A stretch of DNA of 64,000 nt from Bacteroidota bacterium (GCA_048497855.1 JBEHZB010000006.1:108153-172152); one strand, 5' to 3'. Shown: positions 17,716-27,338, counted from the first letter of the stretch. The notes: generated by a model from the letters alone, not told the origin. Translations and numbers: made by a program.

Positions 17716-20184
17716 TTGAAACTCACTTCCACACCCGGTTATACTATCATACACGAATGGCTTGCCCAAAAAGGCCATCACCCTTTTGCATTTCAGCAAC
17801 AAGCCTGGCAGCATATCATCAATGGAAAAAGCGGGCTGGTAAATGCACCAACCGGTTGTGGTAAAACGTATTCTGTTTTCATCGGCGCAGTAATTGATTT
17901 TATCAATCATCATCCCAAAAATTACCAGTCAAAAAAAAATAACGGCTTACAACTCATTTGGATAACACCATTACGTGCCCTTGCAAAAGATATCGGCCGT
18001 GCCATGGAAGAAGTCATCACCGAATTAGGCATACAATGGCAGGTGGGCATCCGTAACGGCGATACACCCATCAGTGAACGGCAAAAACAAAAGCGGCAGG
18101 CTCCCGAAGTATTGATCATTACACCGGAAAGTTTACATTTATTACTGGCACAAAAACATTATCCTGATACTTTTAAATCTTTAAAAATAATTGCAGTAGA
18201 TGAATGGCACGAGCTCCTTGGCAGCAAGCGTGGTGTACAGGTTGAACTGGCAATATCAAGAATCGTTGCCGTTAATACCGCAACAACAGCCTGGGGTATC
18301 TCTGCTACCATTGGCAATTTAGAACAGGCAAGAGATGTATTGATGTCTTCATTACATACAACCGGCGAAATTGTAAAAGCCGATCTTCATAAAAATATAA
18401 CCATCGAATCCATCATTCCTGATGAGATAGAAAATTATCCCTGGGCCGGGCATTTAGGGATACGGTTGGTAAAAAGAGTTATCCCGATCATTGAAGAAAA
18501 TAAAACAACGCTCATCTTCATCAATACAAGAGGCATGAGCGAAAGATGGTACCAGGCCATATTAGATGTAGCGCCTGAATTGGCCGGAGCCATTGCATTG
18601 CATCACGGCAGTATTGAGCAGGACCTGAGATTATGGGTGGAAGAAAATTTGCACACCGGCAAATTGAAAGCCGTTGTATGTACTGCAAGCCTTGATCTTG
18701 GTGTGGATTTTCGCCCGGTTGATGCCGTGATACAGGTAGGCTCACCAAAAGGTGTAGCAAGATTTTTACAACGTGCAGGCCGCAGTGGCCACCAGCCTGA
18801 TGCTACAAGTAAAATTTATTTTCTTCCTACGCATTCATTGGAACTGGTAGAAGCCGCAGCATTAAAGGAAGCCATTGAACAAAAAGTAATTGAAAGCCGT
18901 GAACCGATGTTATTGTGTTTTGATGTGCTGATACAATATTTATGCACCATCGCTATTTCTGATGGTTTTAAACCCGAACAGTTATTCAACGAAATAAAAA
19001 ACACGTATTGCTTTAGAAATATTACCGAAGAAGAATGGCAGCAACTCTTATTATTTCTTACCGCAGGTGGTAAAGCATTGCAGCAATATGATGAATATAA
19101 AAAAGTGGAAGTTGGAGAAGATGGTGTTTACAGAATTACCAACCGCCGCATAGCCATGCGGCACCGTATGCATATCGGCACCATTGTAAGCGATGCGATG
19201 ATGAAAGTAAAATTCATGAGCGGCGGTTATGTTGGTGTCATCGAAGAATGGTTCATCAGCCGCCTGCAGCCCGGCGATGTATTCACTTTAGCCGGAAGAA
19301 ATTTAGAACTGGTAATGATAAAAGATATGGCGGCGCTGGTAAGAAAATCGAACAGTAAAAAATCTATCGTTCCAAGCTGGATGGGCGGACGGATGAGCCT
19401 TACTGCCAATCTTGGCCATATACTCAGGCAGACATTCAATAAGGCTGATCAACCCAAAGCTGCCGCTAAAAGCACAGAGCTTACTGCGCTGAAAGAATTA
19501 TTTCTCCTTCAAAAACAATTATCGCACATCCCCAAAGACAATGAAGTATTGATAGAACAGATCGAATCCAAAGATGGCTTTCATTTATTGGTATATCCAT
19601 TTGAAGGAAGACAGGTACATGAAGCAATGAGCGCTATCATTGCCTATCGTATCGGGCAGATAATGCCCATCACCTTTTCCATTGCCATGAACGATTATGG
19701 TTTTGAATTATTAAGTAACCAGCCCATTCCTGTTGATGATACCAATGCCGTTGATCTTTTTACTACAGACAATCTGCTCATCAACATACAAAAAAGTATG
19801 AACAGCACTGAAATGGCCAGGAGGAAATTCAGGGATATTGCTGTGATCGGCGGATTGATATTCCAGGGCATGCCCGGCGAAAAAGTAAAAGCAAGGCATT
19901 TGCAGAGCAGCGCCGGTTTACTGTTCAATGTATTCAGCGAATACGAGCCCAATAATATTTTATTGAAACAGGCTTATCACGAAGTGTTGGAACAACAAAT
20001 GGAAGAGCAACGGCTGCGCAATGCTTTTACCAGGATCAGCAACAGTACTATCGTTATCACTTTTCCGCAGCATCTTACACCACTCTCCTTCCCTATTATC
20101 GTAGATGGCCTGAGCCGTATCAATCTTTCTTCTGAAAAAATGGAAGACAGGATCAGGCGGATGCAGGAAGAATTGGGGAAATAG
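17716..20184 (+). CDS. ligase-associated DNA damage response DEXH-box helicase (Lhr-core-like)
   Basis: 822-aa ORF with a TTG start in the track. It has Walker A APTGCGKT, a DEWH box (VDEWHELL), helicase C motifs (QRAGRSGH) and a long DEAD-associated C-terminal region. PdeM follows immediately. Confidence 0.85.
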   Translation: MKLTSTPGYTIIHEWLAQKGHHPFAFQQQAWQHIINGKSGLVNAPTGCGKTYSVFIGAVIDFINHHPKNYQSKKNNGLQLIWITPLRALAKDIGRAMEEVITELGIQWQVGIRNGDTPISERQKQKRQAPEVLIITPESLHLLLAQKHYPDTFKSLKIIAVDEWHELLGSKRGVQVELAISRIVAVNTATTAWGISATIGNLEQARDVLMSSLHTTGEIVKADLHKNITIESIIPDEIENYPWAGHLGIRLVKRVIPIIEENKTTLIFINTRGMSERWYQAILDVAPELAGAIALHHGSIEQDLRLWVEENLHTGKLKAVVCTASLDLGVDFRPVDAVIQVGSPKGVARFLQRAGRSGHQPDATSKIYFLPTHSLELVEAAALKEAIEQKVIESREPMLLCFDVLIQYLCTIAISDGFKPEQLFNEIKNTYCFRNITEEEWQQLLLFLTAGGKALQQYDEYKKVEVGEDGVYRITNRRIAMRHRMHIGTIVSDAMMKVKFMSGGYVGVIEEWFISRLQPGDVFTLAGRNLELVMIKDMAALVRKSNSKKSIVPSWMGGRMSLTANLGHILRQTFNKADQPKAAAKSTELTALKELFLLQKQLSHIPKDNEVLIEQIESKDGFHLLVYPFEGRQVHEAMSAIIAYRIGQIMPITFSIAMNDYGFELLSNQPIPVDDTNAVDLFTTDNLLINIQKSMNSTEMARRKFRDIAVIGGLIFQGMPGEKVKARHLQSSAGLLFNVFSEYEPNNILLKQAYHEVLEQQMEEQRLRNAFTRISNSTIVITFPQHLTPLSFPIIVDGLSRINLSSEKMEDRIRRMQEELGK

Positions 20185-20253
20185 TTATTGGTTATTAGTT
20201 ATTGGTTATTAGTTATTGGGAATTGGGAATTGGGATCTGGTGTTTGGATATTG
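20184..20253. repeat. ten tandem heptamers (gttattg gttatta gttattg gttatta gttattg ggaattg ggaattg ggatctg gtgtttg gatattg)
   Basis: Direct reading. The array begins at the last base of the helicase stop codon and ends 8 nt before a -7 box. Confidence 0.85.
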
Positions 20254-20261
20254 TTATTTTT

Positions 20262-20269
20262 TACCTTTG
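20262..20269 (+). promoter_or_regulatory. -7 box TACCTTTG ending 7 nt before the pdeM ATG
   Basis: Exact TAnnTTTG match. The geometry implies a leaderless or near-leaderless pdeM transcript if the box is used. Confidence 0.35.
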
Positions 20270-20276
20270 CCTTCTA

Positions 20277-20930
20277 ATGCGGCCTACGATCTCCCACACT
20301 ATTTTTGACCAGACCTTTTTACTGTCTCCCGACAGGTGTATCTTTTGGGAAAAAGAAAAAGCATTGATCCTTTCTGATCTTCATTTAGGCAAAACTGGCC
20401 ACTTCCGTAAATCCGGCATCGCTGTACCGCAAGGTGTTTTTAAAGAAGACATGCAATGTCTTTTTTCACTTATTCAGCAATTCAAACCGCAGCAGCTTAT
20501 TATCATCGGCGATATGTTTCACAGCCGTTCCAATAAAGAACATGATTTCTTTTTAAAGTGGCGGAATGATCTTTCTTCCCTGCCCATTCATTTAGTAATG
20601 GGCAATCACGATATTTTAGAAAGGGCGTGGTATGATACCGCTTCTATCAGTGTTATTGAAAAACAATTAACGCTTGACAAATTTGTATTTGCTCATGATA
20701 TTGAAGATTGCGAACCTTGCGAAGATCATTATACTTTCAGCGGGCACATGCATCCCGGCATCAGCATCAGCGGGCTCAGCAGGCAATCCTTACACTTCTC
20801 CTGTTTTTATTTTACCCATATGTATGCCGTGCTGCCGGCATTCAGCCGCTTTACCGGCAATTTTTCCATCAAGCCAAAAAAAGGAGAAAAGGTATTTGCT
20901 ATTGTAGAAAAGACATTAGTGAAGCTGTAG
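20277..20930 (+). CDS. pdeM: ligase-associated DNA damage response endonuclease PdeM (metallophosphoesterase)
   Basis: Start moved to the Met at 20277, because the extension from 20202 lies in a heptamer repeat. Motifs LILSDLHLGK, IIIGDMFH, GNHD and GHMHP fit the calcineurin-like phosphoesterase PdeM family. Confidence 0.8.
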   Translation: MRPTISHTIFDQTFLLSPDRCIFWEKEKALILSDLHLGKTGHFRKSGIAVPQGVFKEDMQCLFSLIQQFKPQQLIIIGDMFHSRSNKEHDFFLKWRNDLSSLPIHLVMGNHDILERAWYDTASISVIEKQLTLDKFVFAHDIEDCEPCEDHYTFSGHMHPGISISGLSRQSLHFSCFYFTHMYAVLPAFSRFTGNFSIKPKKGEKVFAIVEKTLVKL

Positions 20931-21069
20931 CAGTTGTTTAATTTTACCTGTTATTTTGCTGTCGCAATCAGCACTACAAATTGTCGCTTTTGCACAGCGT
21001 ACGTTTATTAAATCAATCGCACTTTTGTACAGTCAATGTATTTCAATTTAAAAACTAAATCAAACGAAT

Positions 21070-21549
21070 ATGCAAAAGATCAGCACGTGTTTATGGTTCG
21101 ACAGGAACGCCGAAGAAGCAGTAAATTTTTATGCCACTGTTTTTAAAGATCTTAAAACAAAAGCTACAAGTTATTACCCTGCCGGCAGTATGGGCCCCGA
21201 AGGATCGGTAATGACCATTGTATTTGAAATGGAAGGCCGGGAATTCATGGCACTCAACGGCGGCCCGATGTTCAAATTTACCGAAGCCATTTCCCTTATG
21301 GTGTATTGCAAAGACCAGGCAGAGATAGATGATAAATGGGAAAAGCTATTGGCCGATGGAGGAAAAGAACAGGCGTGCGGCTGGCTAAAAGATAAATTCG
21401 GCCTGTCCTGGCAGATCATCCCGGAAGGCATGGAAGAAATACTGGGCGGAGGAAAAGATTCTGCGGCTGCTAAAAGGGCCATGGAAGCTGTAATGAAAAT
21501 GATCAAATTTGATATACAGGCAATGAAAGATGCCTATGCCGGAAAATAA
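21070..21549 (+). CDS. VOC family protein (PhnB-like / 3-demethylubiquinone-9 3-methyltransferase-domain family)
   Basis: 159-aa ORF with the N-terminal ISTCLWFD..AEEAVNFY signature and CGWLKDKFGLSWQI block characteristic of this glyoxalase-fold family. Confidence 0.8.
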   Translation: MQKISTCLWFDRNAEEAVNFYATVFKDLKTKATSYYPAGSMGPEGSVMTIVFEMEGREFMALNGGPMFKFTEAISLMVYCKDQAEIDDKWEKLLADGGKEQACGWLKDKFGLSWQIIPEGMEEILGGGKDSAAAKRAMEAVMKMIKFDIQAMKDAYAGK

Positions 21550-21570
21550 AGCAGTGCATAAATGATCATA

Positions 21571-21606
21571 AAAAAAATCCCCGCAGTTGCCTGCAGGGAT
21601 TTTTTT
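21571..21606. terminator. bidirectional intrinsic terminator between VOC gene (+) and fasciclin gene (-)
   Basis: aaaaaaatccccgcag ttgc ctgcagggattttttt: a 10-bp stem with one mismatch, flanked by A7 and T7. Confidence 0.7.
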
Positions 21607-21624
21607 ATACTTACTAAAATACGT

Positions 21625-22854
21625 TTATTGAGGTAATAATACCTGGTCAATTTTATGCAAAGTACCATTGATATAATGCTGATCGCTTGTACCGGTATAT
21701 GCAAATGGCGCCGGTGGTGTAGCACCGTATGAAGGTAGTCCATCCGGTGTAGGATTGATCAGAACGTTGGAAGCCGTTGGGTTCACAGCACCCTTTACAG
21801 TAGCCGCAGTTACAGACGGGCCGGTAAACGTAGCTTTTAACCCAACGCCCGGATGTGTCGGTATCGCACCATTCAGCAGTGTTGGATAGTTGGTAGCTGT
21901 AGTAGGTAAGTTTACCGAGAAAGCCCTTACACCTAAAATATGATAAACCACCAATCCTTTTATTAATTGTGTAGTTACATTATTGGAACCCAGGAAGCCT
22001 ATGAATACAGCATCAGGCGATGCTAACGGCACTGCACCACCGCTCAGGTAATTGATCGCTGCTTTCATCGCTGCATTGTTTGGTGCAAATACAGTAAGGC
22101 TTGGGCCAAGGTTGCTCAATGCCCAGATCAGGCTTGAAGTGGAAGTAACAGCCACCCCGCTGTCTGCCCTTTGTATACCAGCTTTAAAGATGGTAAGGTC
22201 AGCATCAGTGTTTATCCTTTCCCACATAGCACGTTGCGGCGGTGTATTGATGGCCGGTGTTTTATGTATCACACCATTGGCAGCAGCAACATCTACTGTA
22301 GTAAAAGGGATATTGTTGATATAGTTGCCGTTTCTTTTACTCAAATAAACATCCAGCCTTGCCAGCGCACTTAATGTAGGCGCCGGGTTCAGTGTGGTAG
22401 CATATTCAAGATTAGGAAAGCTGGTGGGGAAGCTTGATGATCTTACCACCTGCGGCAAGATATTATAGCTTACGATAGAAGCTGCTGTTGTAACAGGCAG
22501 GGTGCTTCCTAAAAATGCAGAATGCACGGCATCAGGCGCTGCTACAGGAATAGCGCCGCTTGAAGCTGCATTAACAAATACCCTCATGGCAGCATTGTTA
22601 GGAACGATCAGTGTGTAACGGTTGGTTCTTGTATTAAGCGTGCTTTGCAAACCGCTGCGTACCACCATCCTGTTGAACAAGCTGTCATCGGCGCTTGCAG
22701 CAAGTGTTGCGCTTAAGGTAATGCCGGTAGTGGTAGTATCTATTGCTGACGGTGTAGGCGCTGTATCTACCCTGTTGCAGGAAGTGAACAACAGCAGGGA
22801 TGCCGCAGCCGCAGTACCGAATTTCTTTATCTTATTAATTAGTTTCATAAACAT
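21625..22854 (-). CDS. fasciclin (FAS1) domain-containing secreted protein, two FAS1 repeats
   Basis: 409-aa ORF with a signal peptide. Two copies of the FAS1 H-box-like pattern are present (YTLIVPNNAAM.. and LTVFAPNNAAM.., each followed later by NGVIH/GTLHKID). It lies directly downstream of a TonB-dependent receptor. Confidence 0.75.
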   Translation of the reverse strand: MFMKLINKIKKFGTAAAASLLLFTSCNRVDTAPTPSAIDTTTTGITLSATLAASADDSLFNRMVVRSGLQSTLNTRTNRYTLIVPNNAAMRVFVNAASSGAIPVAAPDAVHSAFLGSTLPVTTAASIVSYNILPQVVRSSSFPTSFPNLEYATTLNPAPTLSALARLDVYLSKRNGNYINNIPFTTVDVAAANGVIHKTPAINTPPQRAMWERINTDADLTIFKAGIQRADSGVAVTSTSSLIWALSNLGPSLTVFAPNNAAMKAAINYLSGGAVPLASPDAVFIGFLGSNNVTTQLIKGLVVYHILGVRAFSVNLPTTATNYPTLLNGAIPTHPGVGLKATFTGPSVTAATVKGAVNPTASNVLINPTPDGLPSYGATPPAPFAYTGTSDQHYINGTLHKIDQVLLPQ

Positions 22855-22873
22855 GGTTTAATGTTGTTACTTA

Positions 22874-25633
22874 TTAAAATACATTGTACGCAAATCCTAC
22901 ATAATAAAGTCCGCCAACTATTGAGTTACCCACTGCGTTGGTATAATATTGATTCAGCAGGTTATTGGCGCCGATCTTCAGCATTGATTTGGTCATTGGT
23001 ATCTTATAGCTAAGCTGTGCATCCAATGTGCTGGTAGAAGGAATATTACCATTTGCAAAATCGCCTTCATAATAGAAGGCATCCTGCCAGCGGTACGTTA
23101 CATTGAAGCCCATTCTTTTGCCTTTACCAAAGCCATTATTGGCAATAGTAAGATTGGTTCTGTATTTAGGGGTACTGAAATAAGCATTGAAGCCGGCAGG
23201 AACATCTTTCAATTCATCAGAAGAGAAGTTGCCGCTGAACACAAAGTTCCATGGAAGCCTGTAATCGAGGCTGATGCCCCATCCAAAGGTTTTAACTTTT
23301 GATGTGGTATTAACCGGGATAGAGAATATGCTGCCCACATTGCTTACCGGTGTATTGGCTGCCAAAGCATTTACCACATCCTGTACGTTTCCGCTGGTAG
23401 GTTGTATCAGCAGCGTACGGGTAATGAAGTTTTGATACTGGCCATAATAACCATATGCATCTACCAGTAATTTATCTTTATATAATAAGCCTTTGTAGCC
23501 TATTTCATAAGTATTTACCGATTCTGCCTTAAACTCTTTGAACTGGTATTGGCTGGTGTTACCAGGCAATGCGCTCAGCTCAAAAGTAGGTTTGGTATCC
23601 AGTTTATAATACGGGATGAAATTGGCATTACCTCCCAGCAGGCGTGTATTGGAACCAATGTTAAGATTGATCCATTGCTGTTGTGTACTCGGGAAACGGT
23701 AAGCGCTCTGGTAACTCAGGCGGATGTTATTATTTGCCGCTATCCTTATAACTGCTGTTGCCCTCGGTGTAAATCTTCCTTTAAAATTATCGTTCTTATC
23801 ATACCGTCCGCTTACAGAAAGCTTAACCAGGTTGTTGAACAATGCCCTTGAAGCCTGGATATAGCCACCATATTCATTGATCGGGATTTTACCTGCGCTG
23901 TCGGCAAACAAAGTTCCTTCACTGTTCAATACGTATTTTTTATAGTTACCACCAACAATGATATCAGCATATTGACCGGTAAAATGGCTCAGGTTAGCCT
24001 GGCCTTCCAGCATATACAGGTTGGTTTTATCTACAAACAAACCACCGCCCTGGGAGATCGGTTTGCTTCTTACCGAATCAAATAATTGTTTGAAACGGTC
24101 GCTGCCCGGTAAAGGCCTTCCTGCATCAGCTAATGCACGTGAAGCCACCTGCGCATCAAAATCAGTAGCGCCGTTCAAACGCATGGCCAGGTAATTCTGT
24201 GCATATTGCGAGAACCAGCCTGTTGAACCGCCACTTGGCTTCCAGCCTTCGTTCAGCAAACGGGTAGTAACAGTAGCATTGTAGCTTTCACCCGCATTTT
24301 CCTGCGTGGTATAAGCCCTTACATACCAGTAAGGATGATTCAATTCCAGTTTGTACTGTCCTATTTTCAATGCCCTTAAACTGTAGCGTTCGCTACCGGT
24401 ATATACGGTATTACCGGTACCCCAATGGCCCGCCAATACAGCTTCCAGCTTAGAAGTTAATTTATAATGCAATGCACCGGAAAGTTTAAAGTCAACGGTA
24501 TTTTGATTCACCACGTCCGATTCGTTGTAGCCCGTACGGGAAACGTTGATCGGTTTACCGCCATTTAATGTATCAATGAATCCTTTTAAGAAAGGAGCCT
24601 GTGCAGCAATAGCATTAAGCACATTTGTCCTGATATCAATGGTAGTTTCATCGCCATATACATTCACACCGTCGTAATTAGGATCGGTCTTGCGGTCTCC
24701 GTTTATTAACTTACCACTGGTACCGTTGCGCAGGTAATTACGTTGGTCGTAGCCCAGCCAATCTTTCGCTGCGATCAATTCTGCACCGATCTTGAATGCA
24801 AATTTTTCAGACACTTTCTTTGCCCACCTCATTGTCCAGTTATGGTAAGGAGAAACATTACGGAAACGTTTGTCGGTATTCATGATACCTTCTTTTATCT
24901 CGTACGATAATCCTTGATATTTAAAAGGATTTTTGCTGGTAATAAGAATAGTACCATTCATACCACCGGGGCCATACAATGCAGAAGATGCACCTGGCAG
25001 CAATTCCATATTATCTACATCCAGTTGGGTAAGACCAACCACGCCGCCAACAGAAAAGTTCAGGCCCGGCGCCTGGTTATCCATACCATCTACCAGCTGA
25101 TTTACCCTGGTACTGCCGCTTCCGGCAAAACCACGGGTGGTAGGCGTTTTAAAAGTTAAAGAAGAAGTTACGATATCTACACCTTTAAGGTTAGACAATA
25201 CATCATAATATGCGGCTGCAGGTGCAGTACGAATAGTAGCAGCACTCACTCTTTCAATAGATACAGGAGATTCCAGTATCCTTTGCGGCACCCTGCTGGC
25301 AGATACTACTACTTCCTGGCCCAGCGCATTAGATGGTTTAAGTTCTATCTGTGTAGAAGTGGTACTGGTTACTGTTACTTCCTGGAGTTCGTATCCTACG
25401 GATGATACGAGCAATGTTACAGGCAGGCTTTTTACTGATAGTTTAAAATTCCCTTTATCGTCAGTAAAGGTTCCCGTACCGGATCCTTTGACAGTAACGG
25501 AAACAGCACCCGTTGCATCTTTGTTGGTACTATTTCTCACATTACCGCTGATGGTTACATTTTGGGCAAAAGCAGCAAGGGTACATAGCTGTGCCAGCAA
25601 AACCATAACCAAATAGCTTGTAACTTTTCTCAT
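22874..25633 (-). CDS. TonB-dependent receptor with CarboxypepD_reg-like N-domain
   Basis: Start moved to the Met at 25633 (MRKVTSYLVMVLLAQLCTLAAFAQ signal peptide). It has a CarboxypepD_reg domain, plug (RILESPVSIERV), long beta-barrel and terminal aromatic residues (AYNVF). Confidence 0.85.
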   Translation of the reverse strand: MRKVTSYLVMVLLAQLCTLAAFAQNVTISGNVRNSTNKDATGAVSVTVKGSGTGTFTDDKGNFKLSVKSLPVTLLVSSVGYELQEVTVTSTTSTQIELKPSNALGQEVVVSASRVPQRILESPVSIERVSAATIRTAPAAAYYDVLSNLKGVDIVTSSLTFKTPTTRGFAGSGSTRVNQLVDGMDNQAPGLNFSVGGVVGLTQLDVDNMELLPGASSALYGPGGMNGTILITSKNPFKYQGLSYEIKEGIMNTDKRFRNVSPYHNWTMRWAKKVSEKFAFKIGAELIAAKDWLGYDQRNYLRNGTSGKLINGDRKTDPNYDGVNVYGDETTIDIRTNVLNAIAAQAPFLKGFIDTLNGGKPINVSRTGYNESDVVNQNTVDFKLSGALHYKLTSKLEAVLAGHWGTGNTVYTGSERYSLRALKIGQYKLELNHPYWYVRAYTTQENAGESYNATVTTRLLNEGWKPSGGSTGWFSQYAQNYLAMRLNGATDFDAQVASRALADAGRPLPGSDRFKQLFDSVRSKPISQGGGLFVDKTNLYMLEGQANLSHFTGQYADIIVGGNYKKYVLNSEGTLFADSAGKIPINEYGGYIQASRALFNNLVKLSVSGRYDKNDNFKGRFTPRATAVIRIAANNNIRLSYQSAYRFPSTQQQWINLNIGSNTRLLGGNANFIPYYKLDTKPTFELSALPGNTSQYQFKEFKAESVNTYEIGYKGLLYKDKLLVDAYGYYGQYQNFITRTLLIQPTSGNVQDVVNALAANTPVSNVGSIFSIPVNTTSKVKTFGWGISLDYRLPWNFVFSGNFSSDELKDVPAGFNAYFSTPKYRTNLTIANNGFGKGKRMGFNVTYRWQDAFYYEGDFANGNIPSTSTLDAQLSYKIPMTKSMLKIGANNLLNQYYTNAVGNSIVGGLYYVGFAYNVF

Positions 25634-25773
25634 AATAGCGTTGTTTAGGTTTGAAATATAGGGCAAAATAAGCATTGTTGTTTTCAAGTAAAAATTTTTA
25701 TTTCTGAACATATGTTGAAATCTTGACCATATGAAATGCAGGCTTTTAAAAGCGTTGATGTTACTTTAGCAAT

Positions 25774-26697
25774 ATGACTCCATTTAACCTGCCCGGGCAA
25801 ACCGGTTTTTACAGCGGCAAAGTACGGGATGTGTACAGTATGCCCAACGATCTTTTGGTAATGGTTGCCAGCAACCGCATCTCTGCTTTTGATGTGATAC
25901 TGCCCCGCCCCATTCCGTATAAAGGACAGGTACTTAACCAGATAGCAGCGTTTATGCTTAACGCTACAGCTGATATTTGCCCCAACTGGCTGCTCACCGT
26001 GCCGGCGCCCAACGTTAGTATCGGCAAGCGTTGCAAGCCGCTAAAAATAGAAATGGTTGTACGCGGCAACCTTACCGGCCATGCCTGGCGCACCTACCAA
26101 TCCGGCGCACGAACACTTTGCGGCGCTGCTATGCCCGACGGTATGAAAGAAAATGACTACTTCCCCTCGCCCATCATTACACCCAGCACCAAGGCCGATG
26201 AAGGACACGATGAAGACATTACTCCCGAAGAAATAATTGCCAAAGGACTGGCCACACAAGCGGAATGGGATACACTTAAAAAATATGCCTTACAGTTATT
26301 TGCCCGTGGCAAAGAAATAGCCGCCAGGCAGGGACTGATATTGGTAGATACCAAGTACGAATTCGGTACCATTGGCGATACCATTTATTTAATGGATGAG
26401 ATACATACCCCTGACAGTTCCCGTTATTTTTATGCTGATGGTTTTGAACAGCGCCAGGCTAACGGCGAGCGGCAAAAGCAGTTAAGCAAAGAGTTTGTGA
26501 GAGAATGGCTGATAGAAAATAATTTTATGGGTAAAGAAGGCCAAACTGTGCCTGCTATGAGCGATGAATGGATAAGCATTATCAGCAAGCGCTATATCGA
26601 GCTTTACGAAAAAGTGATCGGTAAAGAATTTGTTCCGGAAGAATTGAGTGATGAGGAAACGGAGAGCAGGATCGTAGAAGCATTAGGGAAGTTATAG
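25774..26697 (+). CDS. purC: phosphoribosylaminoimidazole-succinocarboxamide synthase
   Basis: 307-aa ORF with SAICAR synthetase motifs [18 protein letters not shown] and [11 protein letters not shown] (long bacteroidetal/eukaryote-like form). Confidence 0.9.
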   Translation: MTPFNLPGQTGFYSGKVRDVYSMPNDLLVMVASNRISAFDVILPRPIPYKGQVLNQIAAFMLNATADICPNWLLTVPAPNVSIGKRCKPLKIEMVVRGNLTGHAWRTYQSGARTLCGAAMPDGMKENDYFPSPIITPSTKADEGHDEDITPEEIIAKGLATQAEWDTLKKYALQLFARGKEIAARQGLILVDTKYEFGTIGDTIYLMDEIHTPDSSRYFYADGFEQRQANGERQKQLSKEFVREWLIENNFMGKEGQTVPAMSDEWISIISKRYIELYEKVIGKEFVPEELSDEETESRIVEALGKL

Positions 26698-26699
26698 CT

Positions 26700-26880
26700 G
26701 GGGTAATGGTTGGATGATTTAATTGCTTAATTGTTTTACCAACAATTTATCTATTTAGCAATAGAGCAATATTAAAGTCTGTGTCTCACCGAGGTTTTCA
26801 TAAGCAGATGGCTTAATTGTTTTATTGCTCAATTGCTTTATCAACAATTAATCCATTTAACAATAAAACAATCAGCGCAT
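26700..26880. repeat. ttaattgtt/aacaattaa word hairpins (two related copies)
   Basis: The first is taattgtt-ttacc-aacaattt (26727-26749). The second is ttaattgtt..21 nt..aacaattaa (26813-26851). gcttaattgtttta recurs at about 26725 and about 26811. The same words recur at 28091-28117 and 33846-33871. Confidence 0.6.
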
Positions 26881-26891
26881 TTACTCAAAAT

Positions 26892-26930
26892 AAAAAAGAG
26901 GGCCACTTCAAAATGGCCCTCTCCTTTATT
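26892..26930. terminator. hairpin between convergent purC (+) and 26946..27338 (-)
   Basis: agagggcca (26897-26905) / tggccctct (26914-26922), a 9-bp stem with an 8-nt loop. An A-run precedes it and a T-rich stretch follows. Confidence 0.6.
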
Positions 26931-26945
26931 TATTCTTACTCTTCT

Positions 26946-27338
26946 TTAATTGCTGATGATAGCACCCAGTACCAGTGCAGCCAATCCACCTACTATCAAA
27001 CCTGTACCAAATGATTTCTCTTTTTGTTGTCTTTCCCTTTCCGCATCATTTATTCTTCTTTGCCTTTCATAGCTGCTGAGCGAGCGGTCATTTCTGTAGC
27101 CATTGATCCTTTGATCATATTGTTGGTTCATACGGTCGTATTCTGCCTGCCTGCGATATTGATCAGAACGTCTCCTGTTATCATTATAACCATACGTTCT
27201 CTGCTGATCCTGGTCATTAGTATTCCAGCTATCTCTTGTTTGAGCTGGTTGGTAACCATCCCGGTTGTCGTACCTGCTTTGTGCAGATGCTGCATTAACT
27301 GAAAGTACCGCTGCTAGTATAATTATTAACTTTTTCAT
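26946..27338 (-). CDS. hypothetical secreted low-complexity protein with C-terminal glycine-zipper-like anchor
   Basis: 130-aa ORF with signal peptide MKKLIIILAAVLSVNAASAQ. A roughly 90-aa R/D/Q/N/Y-rich stretch is followed by C-terminal GTGLIVGGLAALVLGAIISN. A hairpin lies downstream (26897-26922). Confidence 0.55.
   Translation of the reverse strand: MKKLIIILAAVLSVNAASAQSRYDNRDGYQPAQTRDSWNTNDQDQQRTYGYNDNRRRSDQYRRQAEYDRMNQQYDQRINGYRNDRSLSSYERQRRINDAERERQQKEKSFGTGLIVGGLAALVLGAIISN

Noticed and set aside
20674-20941. Two 77-aa overlapping plus-strand ORFs at the 3' end of pdeM
   Set aside because: These are alternative frames inside the PdeM CDS, which carries the metallophosphoesterase motifs through this region (GHMHP).
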